This document shows positions 9,764 through 22,565 of a stretch of DNA of 64,000 bases, piece by piece. Each line of letters begins with the position of its first letter. Position 1 is the first letter of the stretch. The notes under the pieces were generated by a model, which was not told the DNA's origin, ran no database searches, and was given only the letters and a program-made list of their open reading frames with translations. The position numbers were made by a program, and so were the translations under genes. Source of the stretch: a virus (taxonomy: Duplodnaviria; Caudoviricetes). The DNA lies in IMG/VR virus record IMGVR_UViG_3300021399_000143, positions 11,743 to 75,742 of that record; one strand, 5' to 3'.

Positions 9764-10831
9764 ATGAAGATAATAAACAAGACATACCGAGACGTCCGAG
9801 AAGGAGAGTCCCCAATCCAAAAGACTCCAATATCAGAGCTTCAAACTGCAACTGACTTGCCTTATGGTTCACTTATTCATATTGTCAAGAGAAATTCTGA
9901 GGGCAATTATGAATCCCAGAAGATGACAACTGATACATTCAAGCAGAAGATTTACGATGCAGTTCAAAATACGCTCAAGACCAGATATTGGGATACACAT
10001 GAAAATCCAACAGATACAGAGCATATTCAACCAGAAGCGTCTGGATTTGAACGACCAGAAGGAACTGCATTTTCCGACCTGGTGAAATATCTACAAGCAA
10101 AGGATGCCCTGAGAGAAGAACGTGGAGAAACAAATCCAATATACACCCCAGAAGAAGTTCCCGAAACTGATCCAAATGGATTCGTCTATCACCTATACTA
10201 CGACTTCGACCTCATCAAGAGATATATGGTGGTCAAGGATGGAGACATAGAAACCAACATTTCCAAGTTGGAGGAACGTGTAGACGAACTTGATTGCTAT
10301 TTCGCCCCAACGATGAGATTCGCCACAACGGCGCTCGACAATAATGTTGAAGTGGTTGTGAGCAGTGACACGTTGAACCACAACCTCACTGAGAACGACA
10401 CCTATTGCCAAATGAGCATTGAGTCCGGAAACAAGATTTCCAACGAATGGACTTGCCCAGAAAGTGGCAACTTGGTGATTTATGGTTGGTTGGATTCCTC
10501 AGAGTGCTTGAACAACAAGGCCACCCCATCTGCATTTTGCGTGATAGAGGGGAATGTCAACAAGAATTGGGAGATTCTGTCAGTCTGCCCAGTTATGCCA
10601 GCAAAGAGCATAACATACGTTGGATTCAATCTCATGGTCAAGAAAGGTCTGACCATAAGGGCAAGAACAGGATTCATTTGTGGCGTGAAGTCAAGCCAGT
10701 TCCCCAACCAGCAAGATGGATATGACACGTTGGCGAATTCCAAGGCAAATGGCTTCAAGTGCATGATATACCTCAAGGAAGGGGACAACAAAGACAAGGA
10801 AGAAGGGACGGGAACGGATGACAATACTTGA
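9764..10831 (+). CDS. late structural protein, tail/baseplate-associated
   Basis: late motif; PISELQTATDL...SQKMT N-terminus resembles tail-fibre proximal segments. Confidence 0.55.
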   Translation: MKIINKTYRDVREGESPIQKTPISELQTATDLPYGSLIHIVKRNSEGNYESQKMTTDTFKQKIYDAVQNTLKTRYWDTHENPTDTEHIQPEASGFERPEGTAFSDLVKYLQAKDALREERGETNPIYTPEEVPETDPNGFVYHLYYDFDLIKRYMVVKDGDIETNISKLEERVDELDCYFAPTMRFATTALDNNVEVVVSSDTLNHNLTENDTYCQMSIESGNKISNEWTCPESGNLVIYGWLDSSECLNNKATPSAFCVIEGNVNKNWEILSVCPVMPAKSITYVGFNLMVKKGLTIRARTGFICGVKSSQFPNQQDGYDTLANSKANGFKCMIYLKEGDNKDKEEGTGTDDNT

Positions 10832-11267
10832 CAAGGCGAAAAAGGGTGAAGATCCAATCAAGGAAAAGACCCCTATAAACGAAAGCAAGGAAACGCCAAA
10901 GCAGGATTCAGAGGAAAAGGTAGCAAAGCCAGACGCAGAAGTCGTTTCTGACAGCTCCCAAATGCTCTCTGCGGTTGAAAGCCAATTCAAGAGCATAATG
11001 CAGGAGTTTCAGGCAAGCAAGGGATTCAGTGTTGATACTGGACAACAACCAGTAGACACTATGGTGGAACTTCTTTCTTCTGCTGGCGTGAATGTCTCAA
11101 TAGTGCTTCTTCTGTCATACATTCGATATTGCATCAACCACGGATTGAAGAAGGACATAACCATCAAGATTGGCTACAACAAGCCGGCAGCAATTCCCAT
11201 GAACTTCGCTGTCAACGAAGAATTGCTTGAAGAGATATTCCCTGGTGATGTTGTTGAAATCAACTAA
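10818..11267 (+). CDS. hypothetical late protein
   Basis: overlaps upstream stop, TAA stop. Confidence 0.7.
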   Translation: MTILDKAKKGEDPIKEKTPINESKETPKQDSEEKVAKPDAEVVSDSSQMLSAVESQFKSIMQEFQASKGFSVDTGQQPVDTMVELLSSAGVNVSIVLLLSYIRYCINHGLKKDITIKIGYNKPAAIPMNFAVNEELLEEIFPGDVVEIN

Positions 11268-11276
11268 AGTTGATAA

Positions 11277-14200
11277 TCAATTGACCTCAACAACCTTTGC
11301 GTTCGCTGAATTGTCTTTCTTCTCAATTTCAGAAGTAGCCAACGTGTGCATTTCGTCCATCTTCTTCATCACAAGCTGCTCTTTCACGAATACAACTTGA
11401 TTCACAAGCGAACCCAACAACTTTTGCAATTCTGATTGTTTGTCAGAATTGTTCTCAAGCTTCAATTCAATTATTTTGTTCTTTAACTGGTCCCTGGTGG
11501 AAATAGTATAAGGATACCCATCTCCTTCCCCCTCAATGGTTATCGGTTCTTCCAATTCAAGATCATATCTATTGACTTCATCGTAAGCATCCTTTGTCAA
11601 TTCAGCTTCGCTTCCCCAATACCTGACGACCACATCCTCACGAATGGTACGTTGCTTTGCTGTGTCAAATTCGGACTTCCTGTCCATGACAAGTTCCCTG
11701 TCCTCGGTCTTTACCTCATTTGTTCCATCGTCCTTGGAATCCTTGTCGAACTTGACGACTTTCACCTTGATTATGGAAGAGAACAACTCATATAGGGTAT
11801 TCCCTTGGAGCATCTTGTCAATCTTGGTGTAGTCCTTTATGTCATCGTCGGAAACTTGGAAGAGGTTTGTGTGATTGATGTCAAATTGCTTGTCAGACAA
11901 GGCAGAATCTACGTCAAGTTGAAGCATACGCAACTTTCTCGTAATCTTGTACACTGTCTCAAAGTCGTCCCAAGAACAATCCTTGAACCAAAGTATGAGA
12001 CGTTTCATCTCGCCAACTATGTAGTCAAGAACGACAACTCTGAAGAACCAATCTGGCTTTCTCAACACCCCATGCTCGTCAAACTTCTCCAATTCCCTCA
12101 ACTTGTCCTTGAAGTACCTTTCCTTCTCTTGCGAAGTCAAGTATTGAAGCTTGTCCTTTTCGTAGGAGTTCATTATCTTCTCGTTCCAAACTTGCTGGAA
12201 TATTCTGAATCCAACATCCAACTTCACAACAGACACAACTGAATCTTGCTCGTCGAACGCCTGTTGGATGATGTCAGTGTCAATCTGTATGATTTCGTCG
12301 GATATGTCCTCGCGCTTCTTCGCAAGCGTGTTTATGCTTCTGGTCAAATGCACCTTGTCCTCAAGCAATTCCTCCCTCTTGTCAAGGTTGAATTGCGTGG
12401 AAATCTGAGACTCCACATTGGACAACTTGCGCCTCTCTGACTTCAATTGCGAATCAACCTGACGAAGTTCCCTCATCTTGGATTGGTACTTGTTCCTGAG
12501 CATCTTTCTATAGTCAGGCTTGAAGGTGGTATATAGTTCATCCTTTGGATCTTCTCTGTACCATAGGTTGTTCTCTGGGGCGTTGTACAACTTGGCAAGA
12601 AACGCGCTAATCTCCTTAACTGTCGATTGAGCCTTGCGTATGGTGGCAACTGCACTCTCAGAGTTCACTGCTTGGTCTCCAATGTCAGTCCTCAACTTGC
12701 CAAGTTTCTTGTTGTAGGTGGCTTCAGCAAACCTGTTTGTGAAATCGTCAAAGTCCTTGGAGTCCAAGATGTCTCCCATTCTCATGGTCTCAATTCCACG
12801 CTTTGACATCGCAGTAGAAGACTATTGAGAAGTTCCCTGACCATTTCCACCGCCAGTTGTCGATCTTAGTGCATTCGTTCCAGCATCAAAGGTCTTCTTC
12901 ACCAAAGGAGCCGACATGTCTATCACATTGTTGTTGTCAAGAGCACCTGGATCTCCAGCACTGGTTGCAGAATCAAATGTACCAGAATCATAACCCGTCA
13001 TCTTGACATAGTACTGGAATACTGCTGTATTCATGTTGTTGGCGATGCAACTCTTGAAAGTTATGGTAAGCTTGTATGCGTCAGGAAGCACTTCACCATT
13101 TTCTCTATGACCCAACCCTTCTGGATTCTGAATGTTTGCGGCATCGCCTCTATCAACACCAATTCTGAGGTTCGCGCCACCATCCTTCACGCCATTTCCC
13201 TTGAAGAAGTCGTTTGGTGTCATTCTATTCAAGCCAATCGGATATAGCTTGAAGTCGCCAGTACACATGAGATGACGCTGACCAGTTGGCAACCACACCT
13301 CGTACAACGCGCCAGGAAAGGCCAATATCGCCTTTTGGATGGAACGATTGTTGTGTATGATGGTATTGGCGCACATGTAGTTGTTTCGCGCCTTTACCAC
13401 ATTGTCGTTGATGAGAACGAGTTCAAAGGTAAAAGATGCCGGTTGCCCTCCATCTGGTCCCTTCCAAGATGGTGCTGGAAACAGATTGGCAACTGTTCCC
13501 TATGAACCAGAAGCTGCTGTTGCAATGTTCGCAACCATTTCTGCGCCCTGTTTAATCATATCCTTTATCTTCCCAACCAAGGAATCACGTTCTCCCCATT
13601 CTGACTCATTACTGGCCTCGTTTATCACAGTTGAACCACTCTGCACGATATATGGAAATATGTAGGTGTTTCCATATACCTTTTGCCTCAAGCAGAAGTA
13701 GAGAATATATGGAATGTCAATCACCATTGGCTTCAATGGGATGTTGGTGAATATATCCTTCACCTTGTCCATGAAGCTGTTTCCTGTGGACTTCGCGTCT
13801 CCAGCACCTTGGCTGGACTTCTCTGTAACAGTGGTATCTGCTTGCGTGTCGTCCTTTGGACTATCCTTTGCGCCCTGAACCATCCCAGCTATCTTCTTCA
13901 CGAAGTCAATCATCGTGCTTGCAGTGTTCTTGAAGAAATACTCCTTGACCACCACAAATGGCACGTTGTTCAACATCGTGTCCATCGAACGGATTGCCTC
14001 GAAAGACGATGGCGTTATTGCAATCTATGGCCAGGTCTTTTCTGCGTCGGATGGTCTGAACGAATACATCGTCCAACCACCGGTTTCAGGGCCATATGGG
14101 TTGAACAACTGCTGATCTCCATCGTGCATCATTGCTGTAAGGCCAGTCACAACCTCTGCATCTATGGCTTTCCACCCAATCGTCCTGTTCCTGTCCTTCG

Positions 14201-15986
14201 TTGGTTGAATCCCGTTGTCCTCGCTTGGAGAATCGTTTCCCATAGGCGTGGTGGTTGAGGAACTTTGCACCTACTATGACGTGTTGTTCTGCTGTTGTTG
14301 CTGCGGAGTTTGTGTTTGGGGCGTTTGGTCATCGTCAGTGGTATCATCTGGTTCTTCATCCCACCACCACTCCGGATCATCAAAATCCTCATCCTCCCAA
14401 TCCTCTTCATCTTCCCAATCTTCCCAATCTTCGTCCCAATATTCATCGTCCCACTCGTCCTCCATCTCCTCCTCTTCGTCTAACAAGTCCTCCAAATCCT
14501 CCTCTTCCTCGTCAAAGAGGTCGTCCATATCCTCTTCAGCATCGTCAATCATGTCCTCCACTTCTTCGGCTACATCATCAACGGCATCTTCTATCTCTTC
14601 ATCTGCAAGTCCAAGCATATCGGAAATGGAATCAGCCAAGCCACTTGCCATGTCAGTTGCGGCGTCCCAAGCATTGGATGCAAAGTCAGCAAGTCCCTTT
14701 GCTGCGTCTCCAGCAATAGTGGCAGCATCCTTTGCTGCCTTTCCAAGCCCATCTATGAGCGAACTTCCAATGCCAGAAACACAATCAATCATACTATTGG
14801 CGACATCACCAGCAACACCAAGCGCACTCTATGATTCAGAACCCTTACTTCCAAAGATGGAGCTTCCAATGCCCTTTGCTGTATCAAGCATCTTGTTTGC
14901 GACATCCCCGGAAGTATTGAGTATGTTGTTCGCCAAGCCATTCTTCCCGGCAAGGCCAGATTCCCCATCTTTGCCCACCGCTATGTTCTTCACCAATTTG
15001 CTGGCTTCACCTATCGCTTCAGAACCAATCTTTCCTGCTCCAGATACAGCACCAGTTACAGCATCCTTTGCTGCCCCAAATATGCCACCTATCGACAATT
15101 CACGTCTGCTTTGGATTTGCTCAAACCCAAGATTCGTGTCCTTCACCCCAAAGACCTCTATGGCAACTTCTCTCGCAAGCTCCTCGCCAACCATATCAAT
15201 AGCCTGTTGGATTGCAGATTCAAGCAAAGACTTTCTTGAAGTATCGTGTTGTTGCTTCATGTCATTGACAATATGCTCATTGTATTTCTCGTCTAGAATG
15301 TAGTAGGGGTTTGGCTGCTATTCAGTTGGTGGTGGATCATCTATCCTTGAAACCATCTCACCTACTGTTGAAAGCATATTGTCTATTGGCTCTTTGGTTA
15401 TGCCATCAAGTGTCTCTTGCGTCAAGAACCCACCATAGGTCTGCTTGGCGAACGTCCTAATCTTGGTTGCCATTGAGGTTGCTCGTTCAATCAATATGCG
15501 TTTCGTCTGAATCTTCAACTTCTGACAACTTGCAATGGAGTTTCTCTGCACACGTTCAAGTCCCTCTATGGCATGTTTAGCAGCATTGTCCAATGCGTCA
15601 AGAACCCCCTTTGAGGTCTCAAGCACTTGCTTCACCATTGGAGTAGCAGCGTCGTCAAACACCTCCCCCGCCTTCTTGGGTGTCTCCCTCCCAACAATCT
15701 GACCCAACTTTCCAACCAAACGTCCAAACTTGCTTGTCTTCTTGTCGCCAGAATGGAGCTTCCTTGTCTTTGTCTGCTTGGATATTGCTTCAACCTTCCT
15801 CGCCCCATTTCTGGCCTTTTGCATCAAGTTGAAGGCAGAACGTTCAATCCCTTGCAAGAAATCAATGTCTGATTCAGAAGACATCCTTGAAGCCAAGAGC
15901 TTCAACTCTTCTGCCCTCTTCTTCACCTCTTGGAACTTGTTGCTTTGTCCAATGTCTTTTCTCTTCGTAGGTTTCTCCATAGCCAT
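11277..15986 (-). CDS. 1569 aa recoded tail/baseplate protein with gp48-like tube-cap domain, acidic tract and C-terminal coiled coil
   Basis: six track ORFs joined in frame by 7 TAGs (15318, 14829, 14274, 14271, 14025, 13500, 12822); PASFTFELVLIND...PGALYEV...PDAYKLTITF pattern; TGA stop. Confidence 0.7.
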
Positions 15987-15987
15987 C

Positions 15988-16476
15988 TCACTTTCCTGAA
16001 ATTATGCTTTCGTGCGTCAATTTCGCGCCATCTGCTCCCTATCCAACAACATGGTATATCACCCTGACGTACAATGCATTGGAGTCTGGATCCTCGTCCT
16101 TCTTCACTGCAACGCCATCAACCTCAACCCTCGGCTCGTTGGTTTGGATTGCCCGCTTTATCTCTTCGCAAATTGCGTCTTGGTTGAACTCGTTCATCTG
16201 TTGATACATTGACAAATGGAGCTTGTGTCCAAATTCTGGACGAAGTATGCTTTCCCCAGCCCTCCACATCAGAATATTGCGAATGGAAAGTTTCACCGCC
16301 TCCACGTCATATGACATTGGAACATCATATGCCTCCAATCCACTTGAACCAGGATTGCTTGGGTCTTCCACCCTTCTTGGCATTCTGAAGCCAAGCATAT
16401 CCACGTCAGAGTAGTGGTATCTCTTCTTCAACTTTTGCTCTGTAGGAGCATCCAACTTTACTATCAAACTTCCCAT
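15988..16476 (-). CDS. gp25: baseplate wedge subunit, gp25-like
   Basis: AVKLSIRNILMWRAGESILRPEFG...EPRVEV; 1 TAG (16039) then TGA 1 nt before the next ATG. Confidence 0.85.
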
Positions 16477-16489
16477 GTCAGAAATCTCC

Positions 16490-18751
16490 TTATGCTACAG
16501 TACTTCCCTTTGCGTCTTGCTTCGTCACCATTGTTACGAAACCCTCCAATGGCGTTGGTTTCGCGCTGTTTGATGTCGTCATTCTGTTGATGAGCGTCCC
16601 AAAGTCCTTGGTTGAGTTCTGTTGTGGCGTTCCTCCACCAGCATTGAACACGCTCTTGACAACATCGCCAACCAATCCAGTGGCAGATGCGATGCCATTG
16701 GCCGAAGCATTCAATGCAGATGACATTATGGACGTGTTGCCAACGTCAGCCTTCGCTTGCATTATTTGGTTCAACGCCCCTGCAGCCTGACCTGGACTTA
16801 TTGCTCCATCTGTCATTCTGGACAACGCACCACCCATCACGTTTGCGGCATTGCCTACTGTGTTTCCACTTGCAGGAAATACTGTGGAAAGTGCCTTGTC
16901 GAAGATTCCTCCAACAGTGGTTGAATTGCCATTGGAAGCAGATGTGGCGTTTGCCACTGCACCAAATGCTGTTTGGGTCTTTCCAAGAACGTTCCCAAGC
17001 GCATTCCCTATTGTTGAAAGCAATCCACCCTCTTGCTTGCCAGATTCGCCAGATGGAGATTGTGCGGCTTGTTGCGCCTGAGCCTATGGGGAAGATGGCG
17101 TGAATGCGTCAAGTGCAGCAGATGCTATTGAGCCGGCAGCACCAACAGAACTCTTTGCCACGCTTGTGGCAACGTCCAAAGCACCACTTGCAGCATCAAC
17201 AGAAAAATCCATTCCAGATTGAGCAAGGTCTATTGCACCACCAATTGCCTTGTCCATCATGGATTCGTCAGTTCCACCACCTTCAGCGTCATCTGAAGTC
17301 CATCCTTCCTCCCCTGCCGTGGCTTCAGCTTGCTCTGACCCAACATCCATCATGTCATCTTGGATTTCTCCCTCGAAATCTGGTTCTCCATAATCCTCGT
17401 CAATTCCAGATTCCTCTTCCATAGTGTAGTCGTCAAGGTCTTCATTTGGATCACCAGAATCGCTCTCGCCATCGTCCTCCCAATCTTCAGATTCGTCTCC
17501 CCAATCTTCGTTGTCGAAGTCGTCCTCAAGCTCATCTTCCTCCATGTCGTCTGCCAAGTCCTCTTCGTCGAAGTCCATTTCGCAATCTTCTTCCTCGTCA
17601 TCCCCAAACTCGTCCTCGTACTCGTCCTCGTCATATTCTGGATCTTCATCATCCATCCACTCCTCTTCATCCTCTCCTGGCATGTCGCCTTCCTCTTGTT
17701 GCTCTATCTCATCTTCAAGGGCTTCCATATCCCCCTCGTCCGTGCGCATCTGCTCCCTCCAACGCTCCAACTCGTCCTCATATTCTGGCTATTCATCCTC
17801 TGGATTCTCCTATGGATCTGGTTGGGAACCGCTACCTGAATTCGGCGAAGATGAGAATATGAACCCTGTCCTATTCCCCAAGTTGGTTGAGCCAGAGCCA
17901 GAGCCGGCAACGTCTCCTGTCAAATCCACCAAGCACATGTCGCAAGAAAGGGTCAATGAACGCAGCAGGTTGCTCACACCTCCACCATTTATCTCGAAAG
18001 ACGCATAGTTCGTTGGCTTGACTCCAATGTACTTGTAGGAATAGTAGGTGTATTTAGCGTCCTTTCTACTCTATTGTGCGTTTGGATTCTCCCTATATCT
18101 CATCCTTGGACGTTGAACCTCAAGAGTTGCCATTGGATATGGCGTTGCCCATTCAGTGTAAACCTTGTCGGGTCTATACCACCAAGGTGAGTTTATGTCC
18201 TTCATCCAAGGATAGAAAAGTGAATCCAAGATTGAGAACTCAGTATCCACCATCTAAAGCGTTATCGTCTATTGCCCATCCGAAGCATAGGGGGAGAACG
18301 AACCAGCAGTGGTCTTTCCAAACAAGGTATCTATCGTCTCGGCATTCGCTGGCTTTATCTCTGGCAAAGATGCCTACCTGACGAATGGGGTCAAGTCAAC
18401 ACAGTTGTCAGGAAGCGAGGTGTCCTACGTTCCACCTTGAATGCCACCCTTCCCCTTGAATGGTGAATTCAATTTGGCGTATTGTATAGCTGGAGGACTA
18501 TTCTTTTCCTTGCCTTTATCCAGCTTTGACACATACCCATCCAGAAGATAAGGACACTATATGAGATTGCCAACGGCATTGTGAAACCAGAGGAACACGA
18601 AATACTCAGGATCCGTGATGATGGTATAGTTTGGCACAGTAGGTTGATGGAACTTGTCAAGCCAACGTTCCAACCCCTGATGTGCGTCGTTACCCATTGG
18701 ATCCTGAAATGGGTTCTTGGTCAGTCTATCCTGTAAGAATGCTTTCTCCAT
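16490..18751 (-). CDS. 753 aa recoded tail tube initiator-like protein (gp19/gp54 fold) with acidic and Ala/Gly-rich tail
   Basis: 9 in-frame TAGs join the fragments; ITL(Q)MVDTEFSILDSLFYPWM...YKYIGVKPTNY tube-fold pattern; TAA stop. Confidence 0.7.
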
Positions 18752-18760
18752 TGCATATCG

Positions 18761-18771
18761 TATTTACCATT
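18761..18771 (-). promoter_or_regulatory. putative late promoter AATGGTAAATA
   Basis: exact 11-mer 9 nt upstream of ATG 18751. Confidence 0.75.
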
Positions 18772-18777
18772 TATCGG

Positions 18778-19269
18778 TCAAAGCGACTTGCTTTCAACCA
18801 CGACATACTTTGCGTTGAACTTCTTGAGCAAGTCCCTTATGCGCCTTGATTCATCCTGGGTGTTGGAATAGATGTGGAACACATGGGATTCAGAATTGGA
18901 AATGGGCATCTCAGAGAACTGAATCCCACTCTCGTTGAGGAATTTCTTTGCATACTCCAAGTTCTTCTTGAATATCACCACATCCACCAGCCAAAGGCGT
19001 TGCTTTCTGACCTTCATTTCAATGTACTTGACCAAATACGTCCCGACGAAGTTTGCGAAAGCTGTCACAATGGCTTTGAGCCATAGGGGAAGTTCGCAAA
19101 CAGTATAGACAATGACCACTACGTAGAAGCCAAATGCGATTGCCGATATGAAGGATGACCAGAACATCCCTCCCTTGACAGTGATGATTGTTCTCGCCGT
19201 ATTCAGAATGACGTTGACCACCGTGAGTACGATGAACAACATCAACAATCCCATGTCCAATTCATTCAT
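18778..19269 (-). CDS. DUF5698/UPF0316-like membrane protein
   Basis: three TM helices (VNVILNTARTIITVKG, ANFVGTYL) plus small C-terminal alpha/beta domain. Confidence 0.7.
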   Translation of the reverse strand: MNELDMGLLMLFIVLTVVNVILNTARTIITVKGGMFWSSFISAIAFGFYVVVIVYTVCELPLWLKAIVTAFANFVGTYLVKYIEMKVRKQRLWLVDVVIFKKNLEYAKKFLNESGIQFSEMPISNSESHVFHIYSNTQDESRRIRDLLKKFNAKYVVVESKSL

Positions 19270-19296
19270 TGCTTTGTTCCTTTCTCAACACAATAT

Positions 19297-19325
19297 AATA
19301 TAGCACATTTGCGCATAAAAGTCAA
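19297..19325 (-). promoter_or_regulatory. early sigma70-like promoter
   Basis: TTGACT-17-TATATT, GTGTTG downstream. Confidence 0.7.
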
Positions 19326-19345
19326 GGGGTGGAAAAATCCACCCC
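19326..19345 (-). terminator. hairpin, probable terminator
   Basis: GGGGTGGA-AAAA-TCCACCCC perfect stem after gene 19382. Confidence 0.55.
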
Positions 19346-19381
19346 CATTTGCTTGATAACCAATGTTGTAGCCCAACAATG

Positions 19382-21772
19382 TCAATCTTCCTTGCGCTTG
19401 ATTACAAGGTTCTGGCTCCACTCCTTGCCATCCAACCCAAGCGCATCAAGCATGGTTGGGAAATCATAGGCAAAGGCATCGTTGATGCTTGTCAGATTCT
19501 TGATTTCCATATCCTCCAACATCATCATGAGAGTGTCATCATCAATCAATTCGGATTCCAGAAGATCTCTGAAGTTCTCTTGACCCTGACCCCAAAGGAG
19601 TTCAAGCAATTTCCAGGGATCAGTAATCTCCTGCTCGATTGTCATCTCGCAAATTGGCTTCTTGTTCTCGCCAAAGTCAAGTATCTTGGTCTCACCATCC
19701 TGCTTGTACTTCTTCTCGCCATCCTTCACCTCATCAGGTGGAGTCTCGTCCTTCTCCTGAACCAACTCAACCTCGTCCTTGGCATATTCACCAGGATCCC
19801 TGTCGGCGAACGTCACAGTGTATGGAAGTCCCTTCTTTTCCTTGTCCACAGATGAAATCTCACCAACCCATCCCTTTGAGGCAAGTCCTTTCCCAACAAC
19901 CTTCACCTTGTCGCCAACCTTGAGCAAGTCATCGTCAGATTCAAGTGCCACTGGCTTCTCTGGATCAACGAAAGAACCATCCTTCTTGAACTGCTCGACA
20001 TCGAGATCAAGGGCAGAAACAATCCACCAGAAATCCCGGATAGCGTCGTTCAACTCCACCTTCGTTGGGGATTCCTCTCCAAACCGAGAGTCAATCGCGT
20101 CCATTATCTCCTCTTCAGTGCGAACGTGAGAGTTGATGAGGTTTGTGAGGTTCTTGTTCGCGTCAGGGTCGTCAAGGAGGTCAAGCACGTCCCAAACGTC
20201 GTTTGCGTCAACCATGACCGTGGCTTCCTTCATAGTAACCTGCTGACCAATCTCCTTCAAACCATCGTCAGACTCAAGCGCAAATGGAACAAACTTCAGG
20301 TCTTCAGCTCTAACAATGCCAACAACCTCCTGTCCAAACTTCGCAAAGTCATCCTTGGTCTGAATGTGCTTCCTCTCAAACGCCCAAGAATTGTCGCTCT
20401 TGTCGAAGAGGATATACTGATCATACCCATCCCTCTTTGCAGTTTTCTTGGCGTTTGCAATCACAATCTTCTGGCCGGCCTCTCCAAGAGTATCATCATC
20501 TTCGGATTCCATATATTCCTCTGAATCAGACTCACCAACTTCCATTCCAATCATATCATCCATGGAAACCCAATCAGAGTCCCTTCTCTCGTTTGTTATG
20601 TTATCTTTCATAATGCTATTGTCATTCATGTCGTATTTTCCACAAACAACCTTGAACATGGCTCCATCAGAGTCACCAAGCCTCGTTTGATCGTTGTACA
20701 CATCCACCTTGCCATCGAAGTCATCTCCATTCCACATCTGAACAGTGATGTCTTCATCCACTGGAACCACATCGAAGTCCCATCCTGACTTTGAAACCAC
20801 TTCACCAACCACTTCCTTGGCCACATCAACAATGTCGGCGACAGAAGTCGCTGGCTCATTCCCCAATTGCCCCGTATTCTTCACGAACACATCGAATTCC
20901 ACTATGTCCATGTCCTTCACGGCGCGCCAATCGTACACCTCCATTTCATCGGTATTGGTACTCCCAACCAACTTGACAAGTTCCTCTTTCGTCAACGCTT
21001 TCGCTTTCATGCTTGTATCCTCCTCATTTCCACTTTCGCAATATGGATTCACGAAGTTCACAATGTCCTTCACCTTGTTGGCAATCTCCCCAATATGCTG
21101 AACAGCAAACTCAAAGTCCTTGTTCATCTCGTCCTCGTCTGCCTTGTCAGCTTCCTCGTAGTCTTCGTTGCATTTCCTGACCTTATCCATATAGTATTCA
21201 TTTACCCACACAGACTTTCCACCTTCCGGGGGAAACAGCTCAAATTCGTCCAAATTGACGCTTCCAACACGCCAGTCCCTATGACGCTCACCCGTGTCAG
21301 GATCATCCCAATCAACAATGTCCCCCCTTCCAAACCTAATGGAATTGTTTGGATTCCGGCTTTCAGAAACAACATCTCCCTCTTCAGATGAATCATCCCC
21401 ACTCTTCATTATCTCAGCCATCAAATCGTCAATCTTTCCATTGTATTCAGATAATCTGTCCTTTGGCATCTTTCCATCAGTCAACTTGCCAAGCACCTCA
21501 AAGAACGCCCTCCACCAATTATAGAGCTTTTTCTTGACATCTTGGTTCTCGTCCTTGGATGCGCAAAGAACCTGATTGAATGTTTCATCCGGAGGAACAC
21601 CAATCGTCTGCCCCAACGAGTTCAGGGCATCCATCAACTTGAACTGAAAGCCCCTCGGCGTGTCCCGCAATGCGTCAAACATCTATGCAAACTCAAGAGA
21701 ATTGTCCAATGTCTTGAGTTGAAGTATGCTCTTTATCGAGCCATCTATGGTTTCGGTGAATTTCGTCTTCAT
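19382..21772 (-). CDS. 796 aa acidic multi-domain late protein, putative internal head polyprotein
   Basis: true start 21772 (MKTKFTE-T), single TAG at codon 30; repeated ALESDD/xES junctions; SH3/KOW-like modules (GRGDIVDW, KVGDKVKV). Confidence 0.7.
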
Positions 21773-21778
21773 GATAAC

Positions 21779-21789
21779 TATTTACAATT
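21779..21789 (-). promoter_or_regulatory. putative late promoter AATTGTAAATA
   Basis: exact 11-mer 6 nt upstream of ATG 21772. Confidence 0.75.
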
Positions 21790-21793
21790 TCCT

Positions 21794-22231
21794 TCAAAAA
21801 AGCGAGCCTATGTATTCAAGCAAGTTTGGACCGATGTTGGTTCTGCTTTGAATATTGTCCAGTTCATGAACCTTGATTTGGAGTTCAAAGAAATTGTCCG
21901 AACGATCGACAACACTGAACCTTGTGATGTACCATGCAAGACTGTCGTCAAACAATTGTCCCACAATATCATCCTTGTTGTAGAACTTTGAACTGTCCCA
22001 CCAAGCTTCGCCATACCGTATCTCCACAACCAAAAGACGACTTTCGCCAATATTGGTCAATGTGTCCTTCATGCACTCAATAACCGTAGATTCGCATTGG
22101 TATGTGGAGAATATTCTGTTGTTCCTGATGGACTTGACAAGACCAGGAAAGGAATAATTGTCCTTCTGAAACTCAATTCCGGGGAATCGTTCTCTATTGG
22201 CTTGCGTCTTATTCATGCAGAAACTTCCCAT
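21794..22231 (-). CDS. paralog family B member 1
   Basis: LFDDSL...RTNIGPNLLEYI. Confidence 0.65.
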   Translation of the reverse strand: MGSFCMNKTQANRERFPGIEFQKDNYSFPGLVKSIRNNRIFSTYQCESTVIECMKDTLTNIGESRLLVVEIRYGEAWWDSSKFYNKDDIVGQLFDDSLAWYITRFSVVDRSDNFFELQIKVHELDNIQSRTNIGPNLLEYIGSLF

Positions 22232-22562
22232 ATTTTGATATGCAATCCACCAATTCGGGACTTATGGTCGTATTCCCATCTTTGGACTCTATGATATAGA
22301 ACCTGTACCCAAGGAGGTATTTGCCAGTTCTTCTGGATTCAGAGATTTCCCTATACGCACGATCTATTGTCTTGTGCATTGATATGTCAAACAAATATAC
22401 GACAAGTCTCTCGGTATCCTTTGGCAAGATAAAGGTCGTAGGCACTGTTTTGCTTGGATAAACGAACGAAAATGTCAGAACAGACGAATGTGGTCTATCA
22501 AGTTTCATATCACGTTCAAGTTCAATCTCCACATCATCGCACATCAATTTCTCAATTCCCAT
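22209..22562 (-). CDS. paralog family B member 2
   Basis: LFDISMHKTID...ESKDGNTTISPELV. Confidence 0.75.
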   Translation of the reverse strand: MGIEKLMCDDVEIELERDMKLDRPHSSVLTFSFVYPSKTVPTTFILPKDTERLVVYLFDISMHKTIDRAYREISESRRTGKYLLGYRFYIIESKDGNTTISPELVDCISKYGKFLHE

Positions 22563-22565
22563 ATG

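Noticed and set aside
14215-15303. 362-aa Ser-rich plus-strand ORF (also 17360-17839, 17511-18008, 47786-48511, 50510-51208, 62834-63571 and many similar)
   Set aside because: Antisense shadows of acidic or Ala-rich real genes; no SD or promoter, and composition mirrors the opposite strand.
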